A stretch of 64,000 nt of DNA from Schmidtea polychroa (lineage: Eukaryota). Location of the stretch: contig CM097885.1 in NCBI GenBank assembly GCA_044892525.1, positions 241,738,001 through 241,802,000 on the forward strand. The letters run 5' to 3'. Each line of letters begins with the position of its first letter. Position 1 is the first letter of the stretch. The notes beneath the pieces are model-generated. The model did no database searches. It was not told the DNA's origin and saw nothing but the letters and a program-made list of their open reading frames with translations. Both the position numbers and the translations under genes were made by a program. Of the stretch, positions 49,616-61,499 are shown piece after piece.

Positions 49616-50599
49616 ATTTTCTTTATTGGTTTTGATGAGAGTTAACGCTTGGGATGTCGAATGATACAGGAATTGTTTTATATCGTTAGTTTTTTTTTGA
49701 AAGAAAAGATTATTTAAACAATAATTTTAATTTGATTTAGTTATAATTAGTTTAATAATATATTTTAAGTTTAATTATTAAATTGATATTTTTATTAATG
49801 TGTAAATCAGAAGCTCCACACTAAGTACCTAAGAAAAATGTCTAAAACTGATTTAAAGAAAAGTTAATTGAAAATAATTATCAATATTAATTCAAGAAGA
49901 ATTAATAATATTCAGGAGAATTAAAACATTTATTCAATTAACTCAAATCATTATTTGACAAATTTTGCTGGTAAATTAATTATTTAATTACGTAATGTTT
50001 CACATTCTCAGTTTCCTAACTAAAAGAATTAAAATAATCAAATTTGATTTTATTTGGTAGAATTAATTTGCAAATAAAGTTTTATTTTAATTATCGGTGT
50101 TAATTTTTGATGAGAAAATTGGAATAGTAATTAAATGTTTGTCTTTTCTAATAAATTTTTATTTATTTATTAATTTTTTTATTTTGTAAATCGATATCAT
50201 CAATTTCTAAATGAGATTGTTACGAATTGAATCAGCTATAAATCTTTGAAATCATCAAGTAGACTAATGGGAAATTTATAAATGAAAAATAATTTAGGGT
50301 GAGGTAGAAACGTTTTTGAAAATTAAGTAAGAAAAATGGAGCACCGACGATTGAGCGCAGAATCGTAGCGCGAAGTACAACTGCGACGTGTGCGCGAAAA
50401 ATTATTTGTTTTAATATTCCAAGTTATTTTTAAGAAAAATCTCCAATAATATTGAAATTTGATATATATATATATATATTTATAGTTTTAATGTTTAAAA
50501 ATAAAAGTTTTAATTTAGTATTAATGGAGTTTTTTTAACTATAAATTAATTATTTGCGCATATTCGTCGTTACAGGAAGAAAAATATGGTACCTTCCTC

Positions 50600-51130
50600 T
50601 TGGAAGGAAGTATTATCGAGGCTTTCGGCGAAATTTTCATTTTGGTGTTACGAGCTTACATATACCACTATGATTGACTAATGAAACTTTTTCAACAGTT
50701 TGTAACAAAATGTACTGGAACACTAATGTGATTATCTGAGTTGCTAGTGATTGTCCAAATATTTGAAAAATGTTGAAAAAGTAAATGACAGTGGTGACAA
50801 TATTGCTTCAATTATTATCACCATAAACCAGTCTCACAGACTTTTGAAATAAATATCGGGCTTAGTTTTCTGCAATTAACTTAACAAAATTTGTTCTAGA
50901 AACCAAATTGAAAGTCAAATGTTGTGCAAAACATGCAAAGCAAAAAGAGGTAAAATTCAATATTTCATACTCACAATTACAAACTTTCATTTATCTAAAT
51001 TATTTTAGTATTATAAGAACTTCTTTCGATTTTCACCTCTGATTTTGCAAATGAAGCCTATATCGAAAATTCGTGAATATCAAAAAAACATCGATATCTT
51101 TATTGATTCATAGTTAATTTTTAATAAATA
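50600..51130 (+). mobile_element. Merlin transposon 3' part
   Basis: VASDC (I.SD.W-like), ITINQS (TVNHS-like) and RNQIES...KAKRG (TNxIESxW..K...G-like), followed by the shared terminal repeat at ~51060-51130 in inverted orientation. Confidence 0.55.
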
Positions 51131-53374
51131 ACCTTTTAAACGCTAGTCATTTGAACAATGTAATTTCTTGAGATTTATTGAAAAATAATAAAAAAACAAT
51201 TTTCTTTTTCGATAATTATAATAATAATTATTATTTATTTATATTTATATTTACAGATATCTATAATAAATAAATGAAAATAAAAATTATTTATCATTGT
51301 TACTGCATAATTTATTTCATAATCTTTTATAGCAACTGCAATAAATTCTTAATTTTTTCAAATAAACAAGAATAGGAAATGTTTTAGAACATTTATTAAC
51401 TATCTGCTGTTATTACCAAAAACATAAAGATTTGACAAAAACATTTAATAATCCAAAATATTTAGAGTTAAGTACAAAATCTCAAATGTATTATTTGTTC
51501 ATTTTATTTCTATTTTTTTTGCTAACAATAAATAAACATTTCGCACAAAACGAAACGAAGAAGAGAATTATTAATTAGTGTTATAAAAAAAACAATAAGA
51601 TTTATATATCATAAGATTTATATATCATAAGATTTATATATCATTCATAAGAAACAAGCTAAAATATTTAAATAAAACTGTTTTATACAATCTTACTTAA
51701 GGAAATAAAATGAAATTGTACATGTATTTACTTTTTTGACACATTGGATGTTGATAATTAAGTTAACAAGTTAACAAGAGTTTCTTGGAAATTATAATAA
51801 ACCAATATAATTATTGAGTAGGTGGAATAATAATCACTGGACCAACGTTCCCTTAGAAAATATCTAGGTCAACTCAGAATTTTATGTAGATCAGTAAAAC
51901 ATATGATGTATATATACAAAAAATGCATTCTTCCCATGAAAATGAGCTCCAAAGTCTTTATATTAAAATGTAGGTCACGCCATAATATTACAACTTCTAT
52001 AAATTATGAAAGTCAGACCACTTTTATATTATAGAATTATAATAGTATTCTTTTACACATGGCGAGACAGTGAATAACAACATCATCAAATGACATAATA
52101 TAACAACTTTTCTTATATTATCAATCATATATAAATTTATATTTTAGAATTAAAATCGTATTCTTTAACACATGGAGAGACAGTGAAGAACAGCATAAAA
52201 AATAAATATGTAGGTGAACTCGAAATACTGACAAAATCTTTGAAAAATATGTAAGTCAACTTATTGAGTTTGTACGAAATGTCTTTGCACGGAATAAACA
52301 ATAAAAACACGTTTTCAAAACACAATTAAACTTAAATACAATCAAAACATGTATCTAATATCACACAATAAAAACCAAAACTGATTTTTTGTAAAAGATA
52401 TAATAAATAAAACTTATTTTTTTATTTACATTATCATTTTTCATTGCGATTCGAATCATCATCATCCATCTGAACTACTTGGTCAACATCCATGGTATAA
52501 ATTTCTAAATAATGTCCAAATATGAGATTAGTATTTGACCCCACTGATAATTACTTGTCATCATTGTTGGAAAATGCGATTTTATTATTTTTAATCGTAT
52601 ATAGTTGGTGGTTTTGCCTCCCTATACTAGTCTGTAGCACCGCAAATATGCTATTGTTATTATAACAATCTAAATAAAATATTTTATGAAGATTTTAATA
52701 AAAATGAATTAAATATCAATAAATAAATGATGATACTATAAAGACTAAATGTTGATAGAGATTTATAACAATAATTACTAAAATATATAGATATTTTATG
52801 AGAATGATAATTATTATCATTTATAATCATTTCTGTAATAAAAATGAATTAAATAATTACAATTAATATTAATATTGAATAAAGACATTGCAAGAAATAT
52901 GCAATATGAATGCGCTATTTTATGACTAATATTTGAAATAACAATTTATATTTTGTTAATAATTTATAAATATGTATATTAAATTATCAGACTGATACTG
53001 CGTTTCGTCAATCGGAAACCGTAGAAATATGGAACTAAATTCAAGTCATATATTCGTTGGCACCAAATTCTTTATTTGTCGAAAATGCTATATTTCCCAG
53101 GAAATAAATTATATAGATTTTATATAACACATTATACACATTTTAAGACTTTAGTAAAATAAATAAATAAAGTAATTTAAATATTATAAATAATAATAAA
53201 ATTANNNNNNNNNNNNNNNNNNNNNNNNNNNNNNNNNNNNNNNNNNNNNNNNNNNNNNNNNNNNNNNNNNNNNNNNNNNNNNNNNNNNNNNNNNNNNNNN
53301 NNNNNNNNNNNNNNNNNNNNNNNNNNNNNNNNNNNNNNNNNNNNNNTATAAATATTAAAATAGATCCAATTATT

Positions 53375-54608
53375 ATGAGCGACGGTGAAGATGATTTTCT
53401 CTTAAATAAGATTCAAGTAAGTGTTTCGGTCGATATTGACGCTAAAACTTAAATTGAACTAGATTTTAAGAGGGTCAGAAAAAGAAAATTTATTGTAGAA
53501 ATGAAAGGAACGTGTTCAGTGAAAATTCAATTAGCAGTTCTTATACAGTTTGAGAAAGACGGGAATATTAGAGACAATTACTTCTCTAATAGTGCCGAGG
53601 TTTTCTCAGATAATTTTGTAATAAAATCGAAAAATGCACATATTTGGATAGCGGATGGAGGGTGGTTAAAATCAAAGAAATAGATTGCATAATAAAAAAA
53701 ATTAATATATAAATATGTGAGCTGGCCATAGTAATATGTCTACACCAGCGACTTTAGTTTCTAAAAAAGTTGTACATGTCTTGTGAATCTACAGAAACTA
53801 GAAATAATTCATGTGTTATTTGTTGAATTGCATAAAATGTATTGTTTTAATATTTCGGATAAAATTAAAAATGTTTAAAATTATATTTATTTTGTATTAA
53901 TTTCACCTTTGTCTACAATAAATCATGTCAGATTTTGGTAATTAGCATAAAAATGGAATAGGTGATGTGTTTACAATGGAAACAGTATAAATATCTGGTT
54001 CAAATCATTACTAAATACAACTACAAATGGATCATCAAAATATAGGTTTGTTTTTCTTTGTGGAAATTCCATTTTATAATATTTAATTTAAAAATATTGA
54101 AAACAAAGAATGCTTATGTCTCTCAACAATATGTAAAATAAATTTAAAGAAGTGACTTTATCGCTGGGTACTTTATTCACTTTTTGAGTAGATACGAAAA
54201 GGCCAGTCGAATTTTTACAATACAAACTAAATTATTTGTATTGTCCAATTACTTATATATTTAAGGTAAGTTTGTATAAATTACTTTATTTATTTATTTA
54301 TTTTTCTATTAGGAAAGAGTGACTCTGGATAAAGGCTTTTATAATATTAGATTTTCATAAATCAAGTTTGATGATAAGGTTATATTGGGCCAATTTCTTC
54401 AATGAATGAAGATATTGAATTTAATGAAGAAAACATATTTATGAAATGCGATTTGGAAGTAATTCCCAATGGAGAGAAGATGAGTAAAATAACTTGTATG
54501 ATTACCGTGCTCAATCAAGGATATAGTGTGACAAGAGATCAAATCAAGCCAATTTGGAGGATTATAAATGCTGAAGAAAAGTTTAATGACAATCGTTGTG
54601 TAGTTTAA
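53375..54608 (+). pseudogene. Five-exon decayed (unprocessed) gene, family not recognised
   Basis: ATG at 53375; GT-AG introns 53417-53470, 53839-53931, 54046-54108 and 54266-54312 (47-93 bp). Exons read as protein (MSDGEDDFLLNKIQ|RVRKRK..., HIWIADGGW, GIGDVFTME, MKCDLEVIPNGEK) but contain frameshifts and several TAA/TAG/TGA stops. Confidence 0.6.
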
Positions 54609-55559
54609 TAACGTTTCACTATTGTTATAATTTTATTTCAAAAAATCTTAATTAGTNNNNNNNNNNNNNNNNNNNNNNNNNNNNNNNNNNNNNNNNNNNN
54701 NNNNNNNNNNNNNNNNNNNNNNNNNNNNNNNNNNNNNNNNNNNNNNNNNNNNNNNNNNNNNNNNNNNNNNNNNNNNNNNNNNNNNNNNNNNNNNNNNNNN
54801 NNNNNNNNNNNNNNNNNNNNNNACTAATTATTAGAAGTAAACTGACACTAAATTAATATTTATCTTACTTTTCGAACAGTTTAAGCAAAAATTTCTATTT
54901 GTATACAACGAACCTTCGTAAATTCACATTATTTATCATTTGTCACGAGTGATTGATGTTGTTTTAAACGAATAACATTTATTTATCAAAAATAAACGAT
55001 GATTTGAATTTATTTGACTTTGTCGAACTTCATAATTAATAATATAATAAATAATTCAAATGATTAAGATTAAGTAAATTAGGATATTAAATGTCGAAAT
55101 TATTCCTTTGCGCTATAAATTTTCCTATAAATAAATTATAATAAACTATAGAAAATATTTAAAGCAGGGCTACTCACCATACAGTCACGGGCCGCTTGAA
55201 TGCCTGCGGAAGTTAGGTTGTGACCCACCACCGGTTTCAGAAGGATATCTATTTATGAACAGAATTACAATTAAGAAAGTAATTAAAATGACAAAAAATT
55301 ATGTGTCCTTTTGTAATAATAAACTTTTGTAATAGTAAGCCTACATCGAATAATGCAGTACTATAAATTTTGTTTATATAAAATTTTCTTTTAATTTTTT
55401 ATCAATGGATAAAGAATTCGGAATAATTTATAAATATTTAATTTATTTCGAAAATTCTTGGTAAAAAAAAGAAACCAATTAACCACGTAATTCGAAGGTT
55501 GACTGTATATTATATTTGAACACTAGATTTACTGACATTAAATGTATACCTATTTTTAT

Positions 55560-55960
55560 TGAAACCTCTTATCGGGATCATCTCCTTCCATTGCTTAATT
55601 AAAAGAATATTTGAAAGGTTTAGTTTTTTCTTCCTTGAGATATCTGTGAACAGAAATTTGCATTTTCTCGTTGATTTGTGTCATTTTACAAAATTTACTA
55701 CCTTTTCCTTCATGGTTTTATCAGACCGTCTTTCTAATCGCAACCTAGTGGATAAGTTTCCAGTTTCTTTAAACTTCTGTTTCCAGTATTGCACTGTTGT
55801 CCTAGCTGGTGGTGCACGATTGAAATGTTGTTGAAATTTTTGCCAACCTTCTGCACTACTCTGGTACACTATTGCATGCCTAACTGTATACACTATCCGC
55901 AAGCGAAAATATAACATCAACAGCTGCTTCTCCCGTATTGTTAATCAGTGAATAATAATT
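55560..55960 (-). mobile_element. Tc1/mariner N-terminal HTH (DUF4817-like) relic
   Basis: YQSS...QKFQQHFNRAPPARTTVQYWKQKFKETGNL...HKSTRK. Confidence 0.7.
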
Positions 55961-57087
55961 AATAATAATGAGTATAAATATGTGAGTATAATTATATTGT
56001 GTTTTGTTGTTTTATTTTAGTTTTAGAGACGGAGACTTATAAATCGCACGGTATATTGATATAAACACGTAAATAAATATATAATATTAATTTATGCACA
56101 TTTCTTTCCTATTGCAATAGCAAACTATGAATCCAAAAAACAGAAAATAAATAAATAGTAATTTTTTTCCATTTCATTATTTATTAATTTTCAAGTTTTA
56201 CAATATTCAAAACTCTCGCTTTATATAAAAATTTCTTTCAAATATGTTAACCTTTAAACCTTACATGTGTTTACATGAACTACCGCTAGTTCACTCCCAA
56301 ATCGGTGACATTTAGGGCAGTATTTAAGGGAAACTTTATATGAGAACAGTGACACTTAGCACATTAATAATAATGAAACTAAATATTTACATCCAACATA
56401 GATAATAGTTTGTAGGGTAAATTTTTTATTTTTTATTCAGATGATAATGAGAATAAATTACCATTTACCAATTTAAAAAAGATGTTAATACGCACAAAAT
56501 AGAATATTTTAAAATCTTTTTTAATATCATTCTCCAAAATGGCGTTGACCAACCTTGTTACTCTATGGACAGTTTCAAAAATTTGGTACTTAATATTATT
56601 TAATTTTTTTATTTCCATAAATTTTGTTTTAATCATCATTTGAATCCAACAAGTTCTTTTCAATTGTTTCCAACTAACTTAATTGGTAATCCTTTATTTT
56701 TCTTGATGAAATGGGCTTTTAAAATACCACTAGAAAATTTCAAGTGCCAATTTAAAATATATTATATTTAAAGTATGTAATTAAAATTTCTTTTAAAAAT
56801 ATACATAATTTTTGATAATTTTGAAACTTATTCACGTTTAGATACAGAATATATTAAAAAATTATGTTTTTCTTAGGTTTCACAGTTCGTTGCACCTGAT
56901 GACAGAATCTGATATTTGAGAATTGTCAGATTAAAAGTAATATATTAAATTAAATTTCTTTTTGATCTTAACTATCTTTTTTTACCTACAATGCCCTACA
57001 TCAATAAACATTTTATATATTAAATGAATATTGAGCGTTTCTTCTTTGCGTTGCGATAAAATTGCGATAAAATTGAATTTATTTTAA

Positions 57088-59154
57088 CACTAGATATACC
57101 AGCTGTTTACGTATACCTATTTGTACCAAACCAGTCAAAATGACAGGTGCATTAGAAATAAGGCTTATTGTGGTTTCCAGTCTATATTTACTCATAAAAA
57201 AGATAAAAATAAAGTTGAACAATATTAAGTATAATAGATAAATGGATTTATAGACATTGACAAATAACAAAACATTTAATTGTTTTACAGTTTAAAGCTC
57301 ACAATTTCTACATATGTAGATTTTGCTGCGTGTACACTTTCCACATAGACTTTTTTTGCATTTATTGCAAATATTTGTAGTTTTCTTGTTATTGCAATAT
57401 CCTATTTGACACCATTTTCGTACAGGAACAGTGGAATTTGTGGTTGGTGTATTGATTTCGGCTGGTTTTTGCCTTGAAGTTTGATATTTTGCAGCAAGTT
57501 CTTCTGCTAATCGAAACAGAAAGTCTTTTCGTGAGACATTTTCTCCTGTAGTGTTTTTGTACAATATCCAGCTATTTATTGCGGCTAAATCTAAAATATT
57601 GAAAAATACTTGTAGTGGCCACCTTCTGGATCCTGATTTCACCGTATATTTTCGTGCCATTTGATCAGTAATATCGACGCCAAATTTAGTATTATTATAA
57701 AACGATACGGTTTCCGGTAATTTCTTTGCAGCTTTATCAATTTTGATGTGTTTATGTTTTGTACTTAGTATAAGTACTTTTACCACATATTTCGTCTCTA
57801 CATCGGACGCTAACCAAAGTTTTATGCCAAATTTTTGAGGTTTGTTTGGCATATATTGAGTAAACCTGCATCTGGCCTTTGATGGAAATAGTTGCTCATC
57901 CACGGTAATATAAGCTCCTGGTTTGAAGCAATTTTTACTGTTTTCAATAAATTTATCCCAAACTGCTGAGACTAAAGCAAACTTGTCTGTCTGCAAACGA
58001 TGACTCCTCTGATTTTTTTGTTGAAACGAATGTATCGCAGAATCTCAGTAAAATCACGTCTACTCATAGTGTTAGAGAAAAATGATGGTCCCCACTTGTT
58101 ATTCCACAAATATTGAAGCCTCAAATTATTTCCTTCGTACGCTCCACGTGCATATAATATTGCTAGAAAATCCTTCAATTTTTCTTCCGTAATTGTCCAG
58201 TTTTTCACCAAAACTCGAGAGGCTTCTAACTCAGTACAAATTCGAATATGTTCCAAAATGTGGTTGTCAATCAATAATAGGAACGCACTACTTAGATTCC
58301 CGTTCATAATGTTTCTTTTAGCATGTGCTGTTGGCCCGTGTACATCTTTGAAAACACTATGAAGTGGTAATCTACCAGCAATACCTCCTTCTTCAATTCT
58401 CGTCCAAATAGTTCCATCGGAAGCAATTTCAGTTTGCTGATTTGGTATGATACTTCCACATTCATCTTCAGAACTGGAAGGGAATCGCATACATCGTCGT
58501 GTGCGTTTGTTTAGAATATTTTCGCAATCACTGTCACTTGACTGATCTATATTGTCTTTATCAGAAATTTCCTCATCGTCACTTTCGATAATAGCACTAC
58601 TATTATCACCATTACTATCACACAATTCACTCTCTACATCTGAACATTCCTGAGGTATGTTAGTTGCATTTTCTAAATATGTAGAAAGTTTTGCTTTTTT
58701 TGACATTTTTTGGGCCTCACAATTACTATAAAAACTTTGTCTATAAGAAAAATGTGCGAGTTGAACAAAGCTAGAAACAAGACTGAACATGTCTAGAGCA
58801 TTTACAAAACAAATGCTTATTAAAATGACGTCATCAACACAATGACGATAGTGAAAGAAAACAAAAGACGATAACGAAAGATACAAAAGACGCTTCTGTG
58901 CTGTATGTACTGCAACGGTCTCATGATTCACCCAAAATCATACATTTTTTCATAAAAACACAACCTGTCATTTTGACTGGTACTGGTATAAATGTCAATA
59001 ATGTATAAAAAATAACATTAACTTTATAAAACGTGTTCTCTAATTATAGCAACAAAAGTCATAAATTCATTTGTGAAAAAAAAGTTTTATTTTGTAGGAA
59101 TTTTGAATTGAAATTGCACGACCAGTCTAAATGACTGGTCTGGTAAATCTAGTG
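57088..59154 (-). mobile_element. piggyBac (PGBD4-like) element, 2067 bp, internally deleted and frameshifted
   Basis: TTAA at both ends; TIR cactagata/ttaccag (14/15); perfect internal inverted repeat ccagtcaaaatgacaggt. Transposase ATG at 58706, with TVDEQL, NNTKFGVD, RRWP and a C-terminal Cys-rich domain. The DN(W/F)FTS segment is missing. Confidence 0.95.
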
Positions 59155-59354
59155 TTAAGTGCATTGTCGAGAAATTTACGTCAAATTTTCAAGTCAAAAT
59201 AGCCACTTCGACTTATACCCGGGTCAAAAAACGTACAAATTAATTTTTAATGAAATCATTAAACCTTTTTTTATTTTTGTTACTTCGATTTATACGCGGG
59301 TTTCCAATTTAGGACTTAAAAACCTCTTAAAATTTATTCGACAGTAGATGGATT

Positions 59355-60137
59355 GGGCACCGCTGGCACAGGGCACCGCTAGCACAGTACCCCCCCTCCC
59401 CCTCCCCCGGTCGTAAAATTTTTAAAAAATTCTAAGTCTAAAAGTACTTTTTTTTCAAGGTCAAATTTAAACAAAGACATATGACTCATCAAGGTCATTG
59501 AAACAAAGACCATGACTCATCCGATGACTCATCAAATTTCTCAAGGACATTTAAACAAAGACCATGAATCATCCTATGACTCATCAAGGTCATTTTCAAG
59601 GTCATATGACTCATAATATGACTCACCAAGGCCAAAAAAAATTTCAAGGTCATTTAAACAAAGGCCATGACTCATCAAGGTCATTCTCAAGGTCATATGA
59701 CTCATCCGATGAGTCATACAAATTTTCAAGGTCATTTAAACAAAGACCATGACTCATTCTCAAGGTCATATGACTCATTCAAGGTCATTCTCAAGGTCAT
59801 ATGACTCATTCAAGGGCATTCTCAAGGTCATATGACTCATTCAAGGTCATTCTCAAGGTCATATGACTCATACTATGACTCATCAAATTTTTTTCAAAGC
59901 CATATGACTCATACTATGACTCATCAAAAAATTTTCAAGGTCATATGACTCATACTATGACTCATCAAAAATTTTCAAGGTCATCCGAGTCACCCTATGA
60001 CTCATCCAAGGTCATTCTCAAGGTCACATGAGTCATCGCGATGATTCATCAAGGTCATATTATTATTTTTAAAAAATAGTATTATTTTTATTATTATTTT
60101 TTCAAAATATTATTAAGTGTGCTAGCGGTGCCCTACT
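59355..60137. mobile_element. TIR-bounded element filled with an ATGACTCAT/TCAAGGTCA satellite
   Basis: 16-bp perfect inverted repeat gggcaccgctagcaca (59371-59386 and 60118-60133); the left copy is tandemly duplicated. Interior 59455-60060 is an array of the two 9-mers. No TSD found. Confidence 0.75.
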
Positions 60138-60659
60138 ATTTGGCATGCCAAAATTTATCGTTCCCATCATTTTATTTCATCGATCGATAGCTTGTTTTGA
60201 AGTTTGGTGCAAGACCTTTCGAATGAGTTATAATGGTCATCACCATCATTAATATTGGCAAAGTTATTAACATTTTCCCGAGACCATTTTCAAGGTCATT
60301 TGACTATTTTATTATTATTTTTTAAAATATTATTTTTTTTTCAAGGTCATTTATTATTTCAAGGTCAAATTTTTTTCAAGGTCAAATTTATTTTTAAGGT
60401 CATATTTTAAAATTTAAATTTACAGAGTTCCCGCCAACGAACATTATTCAACGATAGCTCATTTGAAAGCCCAATCCAGGACCTTTCGATTGAGCCATAC
60501 ATCTCATTATTAACATTATTATTTCTAAAGATATTATTATTATTATAATTATTATTATTATTTTTCAAAATATTATTATTTTTCAAAATATTATTATTTT
60601 CAAGGTCATATTATTATTTTTCAAAATATTATTATTTTCAAGGTCATATTATTATTTTA

Positions 60660-61325
60660 TTTTTGTTTTAATTATCGATTACGTAATAATTTAATTTTGT
60701 TTAAATCGTTGATTATATGATAATATCATTATTTTTTGTTTTAATTATCGATTACATAATAATTTAATTTTGTTTAAATCGTTAATTATATATATTTTTT
60801 TAAATTATCGATTACTTAATAATTTAATTTTGTTTAAATCGTTGATTATATAATAATATTTTTATTTTTGTTTTAATTATCAATTACATAATATTTTAAT
60901 TTTGTTTAAATCGTCGATTATATAATAATATTTTTATTTTTGTTTTAATTATCAATTACATAATAATTTAATTTTGTTTAAATCGTTGATTATATAATAA
61001 TATTTTTATTTTTGTTTTAATTATCGATTATGTAATAATTTAATTTTGTTTAAATCGTCGATTATATAATTTTATTTTTGTTTTAATTATCAATTACATA
61101 ATAATTTAATTTTGTTTAAATCGTTGATTATATAATAATATTTTTATTTTTGTTTTAATTATCAATTACATAATAATTTAATTTTGTTTAAATCGTCGAT
61201 TATATAATTTTATTTTTGTTTTAATTATCAATTACATAATAATTTAATTTTGTTTAAATCGTTGATTATATAATAATATTTTTATTTTTGTTTTAATTAT
61301 CGATTACTTAATAATTTAATTTAGT
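60660..61325. repeat. AT-rich minisatellite, ~72-bp unit, about 9 copies
   Basis: Unit ttttaattatc(g/a)attacataataatttaattttgtttaaatcg(t/c)tgattatataataatatttttatttttg, with shorter variants. Confidence 0.92.
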
Positions 61326-61499
61326 TAGAAATCAATAAAAACCATAGCATATTGTAAGTATTTATATATAGTCTGAATTTTTCCGACAAAATATTCTGTT
61401 CCCCTATGTGTATTTGTCGTAAGGGTACTGGTCATATTCAATATGTCGCAAGGGTATATTAATTAAGGTATATGTATATTAGTTAAACATTCTTAGGTA

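Noticed and set aside
53932-54045. TAA/TAG read as Gln (ciliate-type genetic code) would open this exon
   Set aside because: The intact genes here end at ordinary TAA/TGA and have no internal stops, and the same locus also has TGA stops and frameshifts. C-to-T decay in a pseudogene explains it.
59455-61325. Tandem arrays as CRISPR-like loci; ORF 59564-59752
   Set aside because: No unique spacers, no cas genes, eukaryotic context. The ORF is just translation of the satellite.
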